A stretch of 64,000 nt of DNA from Utricularia gibba (GCA_002189035.1 NEEC01000014.1:806001-870000), one strand, 5' to 3'; positions 35,523-48,441 are shown, counted from the first letter of the stretch. Notes: generated from the sequence alone by a model not told the origin. Made by a program: numbers and translations.

Positions 35523-37514
35523 ATGGATGGAGACAAAGAACAAGAGAGAGGCTTCTCTTCGGAGCAAAACAATTCCAGGGATCGAAATCTAGAGGAAAGC
35601 AAGCAGCAAATGGTGGAAATGGGTGCTCTCTCTACGTTCAAGTCAATGCTTGAAGCTGAGGAGGAAGACTGGTACCTCGCCACCGGGTACCCATTTTCTC
35701 CCAGTTTCACTGACAGCAGTCAGATGCTACTACAGCCGGTGGATTCTTCCGCATCGTGTTCTCCAACGGCGGCTTCTGTTTTCAACAATCTTGACGCACC
35801 CCATCAAAATGTGAACTACTGTTTACAGACGAGCCCGCTGGGGAATCCAATTTGTGAGTATCCCTTGGAGGGAAGCTTTGATTTGGGGTACGAGAGTGGG
35901 TATCTCGAAAGTGCTTTGAACAGGCAAACTGGGATTCGGACTGGAAGTTTCAACGATTTGGTATCAAAATCTCAGATGGGTTCTTTGAATTTATGCCAAA
36001 ATATTCAGTTTCCATCGAGTTATCTCAGTCAACTGCTCCAAGGGGGAAATGGGTTTGGTGCTTTTGGCAATGGTGAGAGCTCCATGCAGGGGAATTCTGT
36101 GTTCCTCAACAGCACGAAGAGTCTCAAGCCACTTGACAATTTTGCTTCGTTTGGTGTAGATCCCACAGTTTTCCAGAAAATGGCTGCTCCCAAGAGGAAT
36201 CTTGTGGAAAATGTGGAAGTTGAAGCACATCTAACGTGCCTGAAGTCACTTGTGGAGTTCAGCGAAGAGATTAAGGAGAAAAGGAAAATGAGCACCGGAG
36301 AGGATTTAGAGTATGCCCGCATCGATGGCTCTAACTTCAACTATGATTCAGATGATCAGCTCTTCGAGAACAAGCCTGATGACAGAAACAAAACAGGAGA
36401 TGTGAAAGGGAAGAAGAAGGGCCTGCCGGCCAAAAACTTGATGGCAGAGAGGCGGCGGAGGAAGAAACTCAATGATAGGCTCTACATGTTAAGATCAGTG
36501 GTGCCAAGAATTAGCAAGGTAAGAAAAATTATTGGATCTAACCATTCTCTTATTATTCATACATGATCTCTGTTACATGATTACTGATATCATTGCCTTT
36601 CATAGCTCTTGATTGTCGGTTGGTGCCTCCGGGATTGTGGGGCAGGTTCCTTAAAGATGTGTGATAGCATTAAATTCTGTCATATGGAATCCATGATGTG
36701 ATTTCAAATGCACACTGCAGGGAGTCAGTGTTAAAATCTTTGGAATAGGATCCATTTATTGCATCTGCTAATTTGAAATATAGAATATGATATTACATGA
36801 AACAAAATGGATGAAGTACATTTGTCATTCCACCTTAAAGTCTGGAATGTTTTTCTTGGAATTTAGCAGATGGACAGAGCATCTATACTTGGAGATGCCA
36901 TTGACTACTTGAAAGAGCTTCTGCAGAAGATCAATGACCTTAAAAATGAGCTTGAGTCGACTCCCGGTAGTTCTTCCACATCACAAAGTGGAAATTCTTA
37001 CACACTAACTCCAACTGGGCCAAGCCTTCAATCAAAAATCAAGGATGAGATTTGCCCAGGTGCATTTGCGATGTCTAGCCCGACTGCACAAGCTGCAAGA
37101 GTAAGAAGGCTAAACTTATATTCCATTGTGCATTCACCTGCTCGAGCTCATTGATGCGATGTTGAAGAGGATGATTTACTTACAGGTGGAGGTGAAACTG
37201 AGAGAAGGAAGAGCTGTGAACATTCATATGCTGTGCAGTAGAAGGCCAGGCCTTCTCTTGTCAACTTTACAGACTATGGACAATCTCGGGCTGGATGTAC
37301 GGCAAGCCGTAATCAGCTGCTTCAATGGCTTCGTTCTGGATGTCTTCCGGGCTGAGGTATGCTGTGAAACTCATAACCAAGGAAGCCATGTATCATCTCT
37401 CTGTATCATTGTCTTGCATGTTTTTCACAGCAATGCGGAGATGATCAAGAGCTGAACCCTGAACATATCAAGGCTGTGCTTCTCAACTCAGCCGGCTTTC
37501 ATGGGTTGGCTTAG
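35523..37514 (+). CDS. ICE1: bHLH transcription factor ICE1/SCREAM (possible upstream GTG start at 35487)
   Basis: [36 protein letters not shown]|[28 protein letters not shown]-type IKDE, ACT-like domain [15 protein letters not shown]...[16 protein letters not shown] and terminal [15 protein letters not shown]. Confidence 0.93.
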
Positions 37515-37790
37515 GATCTGTTACACTGGGTCATGACAAGTCTGCAAGTCTTCTATTCAGCTCAAGATTTACTTCTTTCTCTGACCTTCGGGGAAGGGCA
37601 TCTCATTGGTTTGATCTAAGATCTGTAGCAGGGCTATGTATTTCTGATAATGACATGCAAAAAAATTCATTGAGGTGCTTTTAACTATCTAATGAATTGT
37701 TTATTTAGGCTTGTTCCTGGGAATTATGCATGCTTTGGAAAACTGAATCACATAATCAAATAGCATGCTTCATGCTGCAACAGGTAGAAT

Positions 37791-40700
37791 CTACCAATAG
37801 TCATTGCAAGAACACTTGCCACCTCTAAAATGGTGAAACCGGTACGGGTCCCTGAGAACAATTTCCCTGGTTGACAAGCTACTCACGAACTTGTAAACAG
37901 AGTGACAATCTCCACATACACGCAGATTCTTGAAAATTCTAAGGGTTGCACCTTCCTTTGTACTGATCAACCCATAGGCAAGAGCGATTCTCTCACTGTG
38001 ATCCCATAAGTGATCCTCCTTCTGCTCTTCATCTGTGTCCTGTAGTGCGTAGCTCGTGTTTGCAATATAGCCGGCTTCTTTGATTCTAACTTTGAGTTCC
38101 ATGAGTTTCATCTGTATTTTGTCCCAGTCTTTGTGGGACTTGTCACCTGCACCAAATGTGTTCATGTTGTTTTTAATATTGAGCCAGCTGAAAGCTGGCT
38201 TCTTCCTTACTTTATCGGATTCCATCATTTTTCTGAGTCCAAAAACATCCTGCCACCTTCCTGATGTTGCACAGATGTTGGAGTAGAGAACATATGCTGA
38301 GTCGTCTGAAGGGTTAGCTTTGAGGAGATTCTCTGTTGCCCTCCGGCTGAGTTCTATGTCACCATGAACTTTGCATCCTGCTAAGAGAGTTCTCCATATG
38401 AAATCATTTGGAGGCACTGGCATTTCTGTGATGAAAGCTTCAGCCTCAACTAGTCTGCCCGAACGACTTAGGAGATCAACGACGCAAACACAATGCTCTA
38501 TACCAGCTGGAACACCGAACACTTTTGTCATTGAAGCAAAGTATTCCAGACCTTCATCGACCAAGCCTGCATGGCTGCATGCTGATAAAAGAGAGACGAA
38601 AGTGACATGGTCAGGTCTAGCACCGTGTAAAACCATTGCACGGAATATTTCTTGTGCCTTTTCAAAGTCTCCATGTCTAGAAAAGGCAGATATTGATATG
38701 TTCCATGATAATCTAGTCCGCTTTTTTGGCTCTGGAAGCAGTTTTAATAGATCACTGAGCTCCCCACACTTTCCATACATGTCCATCATAGCATTCTCCA
38801 CAAAATGATAGTTATCAAACCCTCGCTTGACGGCAAAAGCATGAAAATGTTGACCACCCTCCAAAATCGCTAGGTTCGCCATGGAAGAAAGTGCAGCAGA
38901 TAGACTGAATTGATCTAAATTCAATTCAGTTCTGTTCATCTCTTGTACAAGCTCCAACGCCTCTTCCCACCTGCCATTATGGGCCTTGCCAGCCACCATA
39001 GCATTCCAAGTTGCAGAGGTCTTATCCAAAAATTGTGAAAAAATCAACATGCTGGAATCAAGATCAGCACAATTGGCATACATAGAAATAAGGGAGTTCT
39101 TCACATATGCATCTGATTCAAATCCAATCAGCATTATATGTGCATGAAGAGGCATCCCATGCCTTATAAGGTTATCCGGATCCGAACAAGCCCCAAGCAT
39201 ACTGACCAGGGTAATGTGGTTCGGAGACACACAGCTCCTCCTCATCAAATTATAAGCTTTTATCACATCGCCAACTTCCTTGTTTTCTGCATAACAACCA
39301 ATGAGAGAGTTCCAAGCAACCAATTCTTTTTCGGGCATACTGTGGAAAATCTTCTCAGCTTCTTCTGTCATGCCACACTTGCTGTACATTGTCACTAGTG
39401 CATTGTTTACTACCATATTTTCATTGAACCCGCAGGTGATTACTTGGCCGTGGATAGCCATACCCTTTGATGAAAGCTCAGCATCAGCACACGCAGACAA
39501 TGAACTGGTAAATGTTACAAAATTCATTATGTTCTCCATGGTGAGCAGCTCTTTGAAAACTCTCAAGGAATCTAAAGGCCTACCCACCGCAACATACCCA
39601 GCGATCATTGAATTCCAAGTTATTAAATCCTTCTGTGGCATGTTATCAAAATATTTATCAGCATCTCCATGGCTTCCAGTGTCAAAATACATACTAAGAA
39701 GAGTGTTCGACACACAGATATCAAGGCCAAATCCCATCTTCAACACCAAACAATGAATCCCCTTTCCCCACTTCAATTTCTCCAAAGAATCAAAAACTGA
39801 AACCACTGATGAAACTGTGGTTTCATCTATTTCATCATGATTATGACGCATTAAATGGAAGTATTCGAGAGTTTCCTCAAACAACCTGCTATTGGCGCAC
39901 ACATCAAGCATAGAGTTCCATGATATAGTATCATACGAGTGCATGTGGTTAAATACATGACCGGCAGTTTCCACATCACCAAAATCACCAAATGTGGAAA
40001 TTATTGAATTTGAAACCGAAACATTGTGCTCTAACCCTGATTTAATAACATGGCCAAGCACTTGATGAACCAAAGATTCATCATCAAGAGCTCCACACGA
40101 GCTAATAAGCGTAGTAAAGGTATTCTGGTTACAGATCACCCCTTCAACTCTCATCTCACGGTATAAGTTCAGAACCTCGGAGAACAATCCACAATCTGAG
40201 TAGTTGACCATCAACGACGTCCAAGATACTACATTCCTCACAGGCATCTCTTGGAAGATAAACCGTGCGTCAGAAATTAGTCTATAAGCACCATAAAAAT
40301 GCAAAAGGGAAGTACCCACGAATACATCCCATTCCAAGCCATTCTTCACAACCAGGGTATGGATTTGAAGTCCTTCAACCAACCTAGTTCCGGACCGGGC
40401 AATTGAGGTTAATATGCTTGGAATGTTATAGCCATTCAACTCAAATCCCCCACGCCACATTTCGATAAAGAGGCGTAGAGCATCAAAATACAAGCCGATT
40501 CTAACATAACCAGAAATCATGTTATTCCACGAGGCTCCATTCTTCTCAGGCATTCCGTCGAACACTTGTGTTGCATATCTAAGATTCCCCATGTCCAAAT
40601 ACATCTTGATCAGCGTATTCATATGGAACACTCTCAAAAGACCCTCCTCTTTTACGAACACCCCGTGTACCGCCTTTCCCACAATCTGCTGTGAAATCCG

Positions 40701-40868
40701 CGAAAACCCATTCTGAAAAAAGCAAGAAATTTCTGGGCGAGGATTGCTTACCACCCATTGAACTGTACGACTCCAGGTATCTTCTCTGCACGGCGTACAT
40801 GAAGTATCACAGAAAACCGAAGTCTGCAAACTCAAAGCTGAAAGCTTCTTGCCGCGCCTGGCTAGCAT
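37791..40868 (-). CDS. PLS-class PPR protein with E/E+/DYW domains (RNA-editing factor type, At3g24000-like), 1025 aa
   Basis: Single exon with tandem P/L/S repeats (VSWTSLM, ISWNSML, ITWNSMI, etc.); deaminase motif HSERIALAYGL...KNLRVCGDCH; ends CSCNDYW. Confidence 0.95.
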   Translation of the reverse strand: MLARRGKKLSALSLQTSVFCDTSCTPCREDTWSRTVQWVVSNPRPEISCFFQNGFSRISQQIVGKAVHGVFVKEEGLLRVFHMNTLIKMYLDMGNLRYATQVFDGMPEKNGASWNNMISGYVRIGLYFDALRLFIEMWRGGFELNGYNIPSILTSIARSGTRLVEGLQIHTLVVKNGLEWDVFVGTSLLHFYGAYRLISDARFIFQEMPVRNVVSWTSLMVNYSDCGLFSEVLNLYREMRVEGVICNQNTFTTLISSCGALDDESLVHQVLGHVIKSGLEHNVSVSNSIISTFGDFGDVETAGHVFNHMHSYDTISWNSMLDVCANSRLFEETLEYFHLMRHNHDEIDETTVSSVVSVFDSLEKLKWGKGIHCLVLKMGFGLDICVSNTLLSMYFDTGSHGDADKYFDNMPQKDLITWNSMIAGYVAVGRPLDSLRVFKELLTMENIMNFVTFTSSLSACADAELSSKGMAIHGQVITCGFNENMVVNNALVTMYSKCGMTEEAEKIFHSMPEKELVAWNSLIGCYAENKEVGDVIKAYNLMRRSCVSPNHITLVSMLGACSDPDNLIRHGMPLHAHIMLIGFESDAYVKNSLISMYANCADLDSSMLIFSQFLDKTSATWNAMVAGKAHNGRWEEALELVQEMNRTELNLDQFSLSAALSSMANLAILEGGQHFHAFAVKRGFDNYHFVENAMMDMYGKCGELSDLLKLLPEPKKRTRLSWNISISAFSRHGDFEKAQEIFRAMVLHGARPDHVTFVSLLSACSHAGLVDEGLEYFASMTKVFGVPAGIEHCVCVVDLLSRSGRLVEAEAFITEMPVPPNDFIWRTLLAGCKVHGDIELSRRATENLLKANPSDDSAYVLYSNICATSGRWQDVFGLRKMMESDKVRKKPAFSWLNIKNNMNTFGAGDKSHKDWDKIQMKLMELKVRIKEAGYIANTSYALQDTDEEQKEDHLWDHSERIALAYGLISTKEGATLRIFKNLRVCGDCHSVYKFVSSLSTREIVLRDPYRFHHFRGGKCSCNDYW

Positions 40869-41089
40869 AAAAATATAACAAAAAGAAGAAGACGAACAAT
40901 CTAATCCCCATTTACTAATACACCATTTCTCTCCTATTTTTGTTCATTTTAGTTACATTTTCGCATTTAAAGAATTTAAAAAAAAAAAAAAGACACATTT
41001 GGAGTAGGGATTTCCCCTACGCATTTTTCCCGCTCTGTTTACAGTGAAGCCTCAAGAGAGACACGGTTCTTGAAGAAGATCCTGGACGG

Positions 41090-44000
41090 ATGCCGCCGTT
41101 GAAGAAGGCAAAAATCGAAGAAGATGAGGAATTCAAGGAGGAAATGTCCATGCCGCAAGAATATTGTGGTGAAAGTATCCACGGCAGAATGGAGCGCGAA
41201 AAAGTACTCGAGGGGCTTATAGAGAATCGCATCAAAGAAATTCACCATATTCAGCAGATTATTGATTTCCATACTTCTAGAGTAAGCTTTACTTCAGGCC
41301 GCATTTTCTCATTTTTAGGCCTATTGTTTGTTACATTTCGAGACTTTTAGGCTTTTTTTCGCTTCGAGTTGATACTCAGCTTTCATGTTCTCGGGTTTTC
41401 CGAAACTTGGTTTGTGTCGATTGCTCTGTGTTGTTGGTTCGAAACTGCGGTTTAGTATCAGGAATCCGTTGTGATTCAGAGGTAATCAACAATATGCAGA
41501 CCCCTCTTTCAGAAAAAAATCAGAGTTCTGTGTATAATGAGCTACCGGCGTTGCATACCTGCATCCTCATACAGTTTTTTTTTTTTTTTTTTTTTATGGT
41601 TTGCATTAGTAATCTGAGATCTGGATATAAAGAAGATTTTTTTTTAATCTGGTAGAAAATGGGAAGTTGAACAGATTTATTATTGTGGGTGATTGCCATT
41701 TATGCTTGCAATCTGCTTAGTGTTGATGTGATTATAGTCTAGAGAAAGGAGTTTCGTCCGTGCACTGAGGATGTTAGGCTTGATCTTGTGTGTTAAAAGA
41801 CTATTTTTTGCTTGATGCTGTATAGTGTTCAATGCAGCTTTCCACTCATTCTCTATGTATCTCAGTTCGTAGTGCTACCCGATGGTTTAATGCTCCTATA
41901 TGTTGGTGTTTCAGCTCAATTATGCGCAGAGAAGGTTGGAGGAGAGCCAGAGTCAGCTTGCCCGTCTTCGAGGTGATGATGCCATCTCAAATCCTTCCAA
42001 AAATGTACCCAGCGTGGGCACTGATCCCCAGCCTACAAGCTGTGATTCACTTGGAAAAGATGAGAGTGATCTAGAAGTTATGGAATGTGATGGCCTCTCC
42101 AAAAACTCAATGAACTCCAAACCTCAGCTTGTCATTCCTTCTAAAATTTCACAAGAGGCGGAATCAAAAAAACCTGGAGCTACTTCCTTTGGTTGCTCTG
42201 ATTGGCAACCTACTGCAACTGCACCTACTCATATCAATGTTGCTGGGAAGAAAAGGGTAACATATGCTGGACTTTCACTGGAACAAGAGGCCATGAAAAA
42301 CCACACTACAGCAATCTTAGGTTTGTTTTTCTGACACTCTCTAGAATCTTCAGATAATAAAATCTTGTGCCGTCTGTATACTGGAACACTTTGTTATTCA
42401 GCATCCTCCATCCTGAAAGAACACTGTTTGAATGTAAATAGCTCGTGATCATGTTCAATTGCAGGGCAGAAAGAACACAAAGACCTGACGAGTATTATTT
42501 GCAAAAGCGATTCACATGTTGCAGTTCAACATCAGAGCAGCTCACTTATAGCAAGCCAGCACAAAAGAAGACTCAGAAGTCTTGCTTTGTGTCCCACTAA
42601 TGAGCCTTTATTTGTTACAAGGTGATTATTTTAATTCCTATTTTCTGATAATACTTGATTATATGAAAACATGCAGAAATTAGCTTTAAGAATAGCACAA
42701 AACCTATTTTTGAGATGGTTTAATACTTCTTCTCTTGGCCTGGTGCAGGAGTTTTGGTGAATTTTTTCCATTTTCTTCGGCATCCATAGGTTCCTAGGCT
42801 TACATTTTTTAGAATATCGTTATTGCTTGTTTTGATCAAGTCTCTTCTTACTCAAATAATTACAATATTTTGCAGTGCCCTGGATGGAATAGTCAATTTG
42901 TGGCAAGTTCAAGGTCAAGGGTAGGTGACTTCTTGAGAGTGAACTGATTATTGACTGTTAAAGGATTACATGACATCAGGATATCATCTGTTGTATTCTT
43001 ATGATTCCATCGCATAAAAACTGCAGTTCTGGTGTCAATTTGCTAAGTTCCACCGATTTCCCATCAAGCAAACAAAGGAGATGGCCAGAAGACATAGCTT
43101 GGCATCCACGAGGAGACAGAGTTTTTTCAGTTTATAGTGCTGACGGTGGCGATTCTCAGGTGTCAACTATGTTTATAAACAAGAAAAAGGCAAGTGCTCG
43201 TGTGCTGTAATTCATTTCTCACAAAATATTGCTATCGGTTTTTAAGACAGTTCCTCATAACATCTTTCATTGGATTTGACTCTACACTGGGACCTTACCA
43301 TCTTCGGTTGCTTTTATGGGATATTGCATTCCAACTATTGTTGATCTAACCACAGCTCCTGATCTGCAGAAAGCTGACGTTCGTTATCTTGAAGATCAGC
43401 CCCACACAAAAGGAACCATAAATTGCATCATTTTCATGCCTTGGGATGAGAGTAGCTTTGTAACTGGTGGAAGCGACCATGCTGTTATCCTCTGGTCTGA
43501 GAAAGATGGAAAAGACTTGTGGAAATCTGCAACACTTCATAGAAACAACCACTCCTCTGCCGTCATGGGAGTAGCTGGAGTGCACCATCAAAACATCGTC
43601 CTCTCCGCAGGTGCAGACAAGCGTCTCATCGGATTCGATGTAGTTTCAGGGCAGCTGAACTGCAAGTATCAACTGGAAAGCAAATGCATGGATGTTCTGC
43701 CTAATCCTCGTGACTTCAACCTCATCATGGTTCAAACAGGGTAACTCCTCCTGCTTTCACAACACAGAAACCACAGACTACCACTCATTCCCTTCAGGAT
43801 CTTCCCTCACTAAATGGATCATCCATCATTCACCTGGCAGGACTCAGGAGCAGCAGATTAGATTATTCGATATGAGACTGAGCCAGGGCGAGATCACTGC
43901 CCTTGGATTCAAGCAAGAGAGCAGCGACTCCCAGTCTGCTCTAATAAAGCAGTGCTGGTCTCCGGACGGCATGTATCTGTCTTCCGGCTCGGTCGACCCC

Positions 44001-44180
44001 GTGATCCACATCTTCGACATCAGGTACAATGCTCGCAGACCATGCCATGCTATAAGATCTCACCAGAAGCGAGTTTTCAAGGCCTCTTGGCACCACTCTT
44101 TGCCCATCTTAGTTTCCATATCTTCAGACCTCAATGTAGGCTTGCACAATGTTGTTACCTCTGGCTCACACAAAGCATAG
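41090..44180 (+). CDS. WD40-repeat protein with an N-terminal coiled coil (At5g50970-like)
   Basis: Multi-exon. QHKRRLRSLALCP, LFVTSALDGIVNLW, RRWPEDIAWHP, FVTGGSDHAVILW, LSSGSVDPVIHIFDIR, HQKRVFKASWH; ends VVTSGSHKA*. Confidence 0.85.
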
Positions 44181-44875
44181 AACTTTGTCCCTGCTCATCC
44201 ACCTTTTGTCCTTTTGATTTAACATGTATGGGGCTCCCCTTCTGTGCAAAGGTAAGCAGCCTACTGTGATTCTCCTTCACTTTTGGTGTTGGGATTGCAA
44301 TATTTTGAAACTGGAGGTGCCAAGTTGGAAATATAAGAAAATAGAGGGAGGAGGCATTTCATCTGATTAATCCCAGTTTGTTTATGAAGGTAGAGAAACT
44401 GAAATAAATGATAAAGAAATATATGTTTGATTCTAAATGAAAAATAAAAATAACATTTATTTAAAAATCAATTCACTTTTATAATAAGTATGAAAGGTAG
44501 ATTCTTTATGATACTTAATTTTTAATAAGTGATTTTAAAATTTAAAATTACAGTTAATTTTTTTATATTTTTAAAAAGTATTCAAAATTCATTTTTTAGT
44601 AATTTATAATTTAAATATTTATTAAATTAAATTATATCTTATTTTTGATTGGGAATCAAATATGGATTAGATCAGTTTTCTTTTTTTAGTATAATAAATA
44701 TAATTAAAAAAAATGGAAATTTACGCCCCTCGGCGCGCTCTGTATGAGTGCAGTTGCATTTCAAAAATTTGGCTTGAAGCTGCCGACCCGCCTGCTGGGC
44801 TTGTTTTCGTCGTCTGCAAAACGCGACCCTCGGCTTCCCACACGCAAACCCCTTCGCGCTCTTTCGTCACAATCG

Positions 44876-47800
44876 ATGGCGCCTCAACTTCCGCTCGATA
44901 CCGAAGGCCTATGCATGGTCTGCAAGGTCAAGCCGCCGGAGGATGCAACTCTCCGATGCGTCTCCTGTCTTACTCCCTGGCACGTTCTTTGCCTCGCTGT
45001 CGTGCCGGAGACCATGGGTTCCGCTCTCAAGTTTGAGTGTCCTGACTGCACCGGAGATGGGATGGATGGAGTGCCGGCACTTGTCGACTCCGGGAAGAAT
45101 GATTTGCTACTCAGAATACGGGAGATCGAGGCGGATACGTTGCTATCGGAGAAGGAAAAGGCGGTGAAAAGGCAGGAGGTTATGAGTGGGAAAATGGTGG
45201 CTGAAGAGGGAGGGGAAGAGAAGGGAGAAGGGGAAAATGGGGTTGATATTTTGAGCGTGCTTGGCGAAAGCTTCAAGTGTTCCTACTGCATGGAGCTCCC
45301 TGAAAGACCCGTTACGGTCGGTGATAATGCTACTCCTATTTCTTGTTCTTTTTTGTTTCTTATATGTGAATGCGTTAGATCATTGTTTCTTTTTTGTTTT
45401 TCGAATCTCAGACACCTTGCGGGCACAACTTTTGCTTGAAATGCTTCGAGAAGTGGGTAAATCAAGGAAAACAAACTTGTGTCAAATGCCGAAGCACCAT
45501 TCCCCGTAAAATGGCTATTCAGCCACATATTAACCCAACGCTTGTGGCGGCTATACGTATGGCAAAAGCTTCAAGATCACAAACCTCTAAAGGCCCATCA
45601 GTTGCATACCGCTTTTTGCATGATCAAGATCGTCCTGATAAAGCATTTACTTCTGAAAGAGCGAAGAAGTCTGGAATGGCTAACGCTTCTAGTGGGAGAG
45701 TATTTGTAACTGTTCCAAGAGACCATTTTGGGCCTATACCAGCTGAGAATGACCCTGAAAGAAATCAGGGAGTTTTGGTTGGAGAGACATGGAGTCTTCG
45801 GATGGAATGCCGTCAATGGGGGATACATTATCCGCCTATAGCTGGCATTGCTGGAAAGGCAAGTTATGGTGCTCAGTCCATAGTGGTTTCTGGAGGTTAT
45901 CAGGATGACGAAGATCATGGTGAATGGTTAATTTACACAGGATCGTAAGCACTCATATGCTGTTTCATAAGTTATTTATTTTGCTTTGTGTGGCTTCAAG
46001 CGAAGCTGCATTAATTCAAATGCCTTTATATGGCTTCCTAACTATCTCCATTCTCTTTTTATCACAGTGGTGGAAGAGATTTGAGTGGAAATAAACGTAC
46101 GAACAAGGACCAGGCATTTGATCAGTGCTTTAAAGCAGAAAATGAGGCTCTTAGATTTAGCTGCAGAAAAGGATACCCTGTTCGACTAGTGAGGTAGAGA
46201 CTGTATCATATTTTCCTTCTTTCAGTGTGCTTAATAATGCAAACAAATATTAAACTGTTAGCCACTTCGGAGCCTACTGGTATAGTATTCCATGAACGAT
46301 AAATTACTAATAACCTCCTATTATGTTGCATTTACCGAAACGGTTGCTATGAAAATGGTAAGTGGTGGCATCCGCCATTTCCGATACTTAATCTGTAGTC
46401 TACATACTAGATTGTCTACTGTCATTTTAGTATTGTTGAATTTATTGCTGTTGAAGTTGTCTTGAGACTTAGCGCTAGTGTTCATCTCATAAATGCATTG
46501 AATTGATGCAATTAGAGCTGGTTTTATTTATGTAAGAAGTCATGTCTAATATTAGATTCAGCGTATAAATAGTGTATTAATGCCTAGCTAATCATCAATG
46601 ACTTCGTGGAGGAAATACTTTTTTTTATATCCTCGGTGCCCTAGTGCATTTATATTAACTGCATGTTTATCATAAATTCCAGATCAGAGAAAGACAAGCG
46701 CTCGCCATATGCACCAGAAAAGGGTTACCGCTATGATGGGGTCTACCGTGTAGAGAAATGCTGGAGAAATGTAGGAAAGCAGGTGCATGTCTTTGCCATA
46801 TCTCAAATTTTTATGTGCCGTGATCTCTTTTGGTCCATTGTGTCATTCATGTTTTGTTCAATAGGGGTTTAAGGTTTGCAGATATTTGCTTGTGCGCTGT
46901 GACAATGAGCCTGCTCCATGGACAACGTCGGTGCTTCTCTGTCTTTGAAGTGATTTTTGTGACCATAAATCTACTTTGTCATTGATTTCAATCCCTTGTG
47001 TCAGTGATGAGCATGGTGATCGACCTAGAAAGCTGCCCACCATTCCAGAGCTTAAACAGGCGGTTGATGTATTTGATAGGAAAGAGAGCCCACACTGGGA
47101 TTACGATGTAAGTGATCATTGACCTTTGTTTTTATTTGGTGGTATGTTGACCCTATTGTGTGCACTAAGCTTACCGATAGCGCTTAACTTGAGCTGGAAT
47201 TTCTGGTGTAATTGATGCATTTCCATCTCGATTTTTAGGAGGGAGAAAGCTGTTGGAAATGGAAGAAGCCACCACCCCTCAGTGAAGCAAAAGTAATCAC
47301 TGTTGATGCTGATGGGATGCAGGTTACGAGAAAAGTTGTTAGGAAAGCACAGATCACATCAGTGAAGCAAAAACTCTTGAAAGGTTTGGTCTATCTGCAG
47401 TTTAATTTTCCAGGAACGAGCAGCCTAACTGTGTTTTCGAGTTTCCTTGGACATAAACCCAGGTCTCTGCTGCCTTATTTGCCAAAAGGTGATGAATCTT
47501 CCCCTAACAACACCATGTGCCCATAACTTCTGTAAACCTTGCCTTGAGGGGGCTTTCGCTGGGCAAACATTTGAAAAGGAGAGGATCTGTGAAAATGGCC
47601 GCAAACTTCGCTCTCAGAAAAATGTATTCAACTGCCCCAGATGTTCAGCTGATATAGCGGAGTTTCTGAAAAACCCGCAGGTAGATACATACCTTCCTAT
47701 GTCGTACATGTGGTTGTAATGCTGAAGCCATCGTCTCAACTGAACTGTGCAGGTGAACCGCGAACTGATGGAGCTAATAGATAAACTGCAATCAGAGGCT

Positions 47801-47989
47801 GATAAAGATGAGAGCAATGCTGATAATTCAACTGTCGATCCCCAGAGCGACGATGACAGCACTAGTCTGAAGAGAAAAAACACTAGTCCTTCAAGCCCTT
47901 CACCTGAGGAAGGGCAGGGGGAAGAAAATGTGAAGAAAAGCAAAGTTGAATCGGAGGAAGCTCCCGAAATGATGCCCATTCAGACATAG
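44876..47989 (+). CDS. VIM1: ORTHRUS/VIM E3 ligase (PHD-RING-SRA/YDG-RING), methyl-DNA reader
   Basis: PHD CMVCKVKPPEDATLRCVSCLTPWH, RING CSYCMELPERPVT|TPCGHNFCLKC, SRA ANASSGRVFVTVPRDHFGPI...SGGYQDDEDHG...YTGSGGRDLSGNKRT...RYDGVY and second RING CLICQKVMNLPLTTPCAHNFC. The exact paralog (VIM1-5) cannot be assigned. Confidence 0.93.
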
Positions 47990-48441
47990 AACCCCGGGTG
48001 CTGCTGCGGCAGCTAAAACCACAGCACCCGCCCCTGGTGCAAAGAGACCAGGTGAACCAAAATGTTTCCCCAAAGCGCTGCTGCCAATGATGCGGTACCA
48101 AGAGCAGCAATTGGTGCAGATTTAACGCAAGCCGATTACTTCTGCTTTAGGTATCAGTGATGCATGCTTCATGGCCTGCGTTTCATCCTGCTTTCTGTTT
48201 AGATGGACACAGATACCATGGAAAGCTGATTTTGCATTGTGGGGAAGATTATCTATTGATAACTGCTTGCTGTTATGATACATGTTTGTGAATCAAGAAA
48301 AAGAAAGGCCAAAGGCTATGTTCTTATTACATAGCTTGATCCCACCCGTGTTATTACATAACATACATTTCTGGGACATCTGGTCAGAGGTTCACCTCAG
48401 CTCCTGTGAAGTATGAACCATAAACTTGCCTTCTCGCTTTC

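Noticed and set aside
35096-35653. 185-aa ORF overlapping the ICE1 start
   Set aside because: A low-complexity F/L/S-rich translation of a CT-rich leader; its ATGs probably lie upstream of the TSS.
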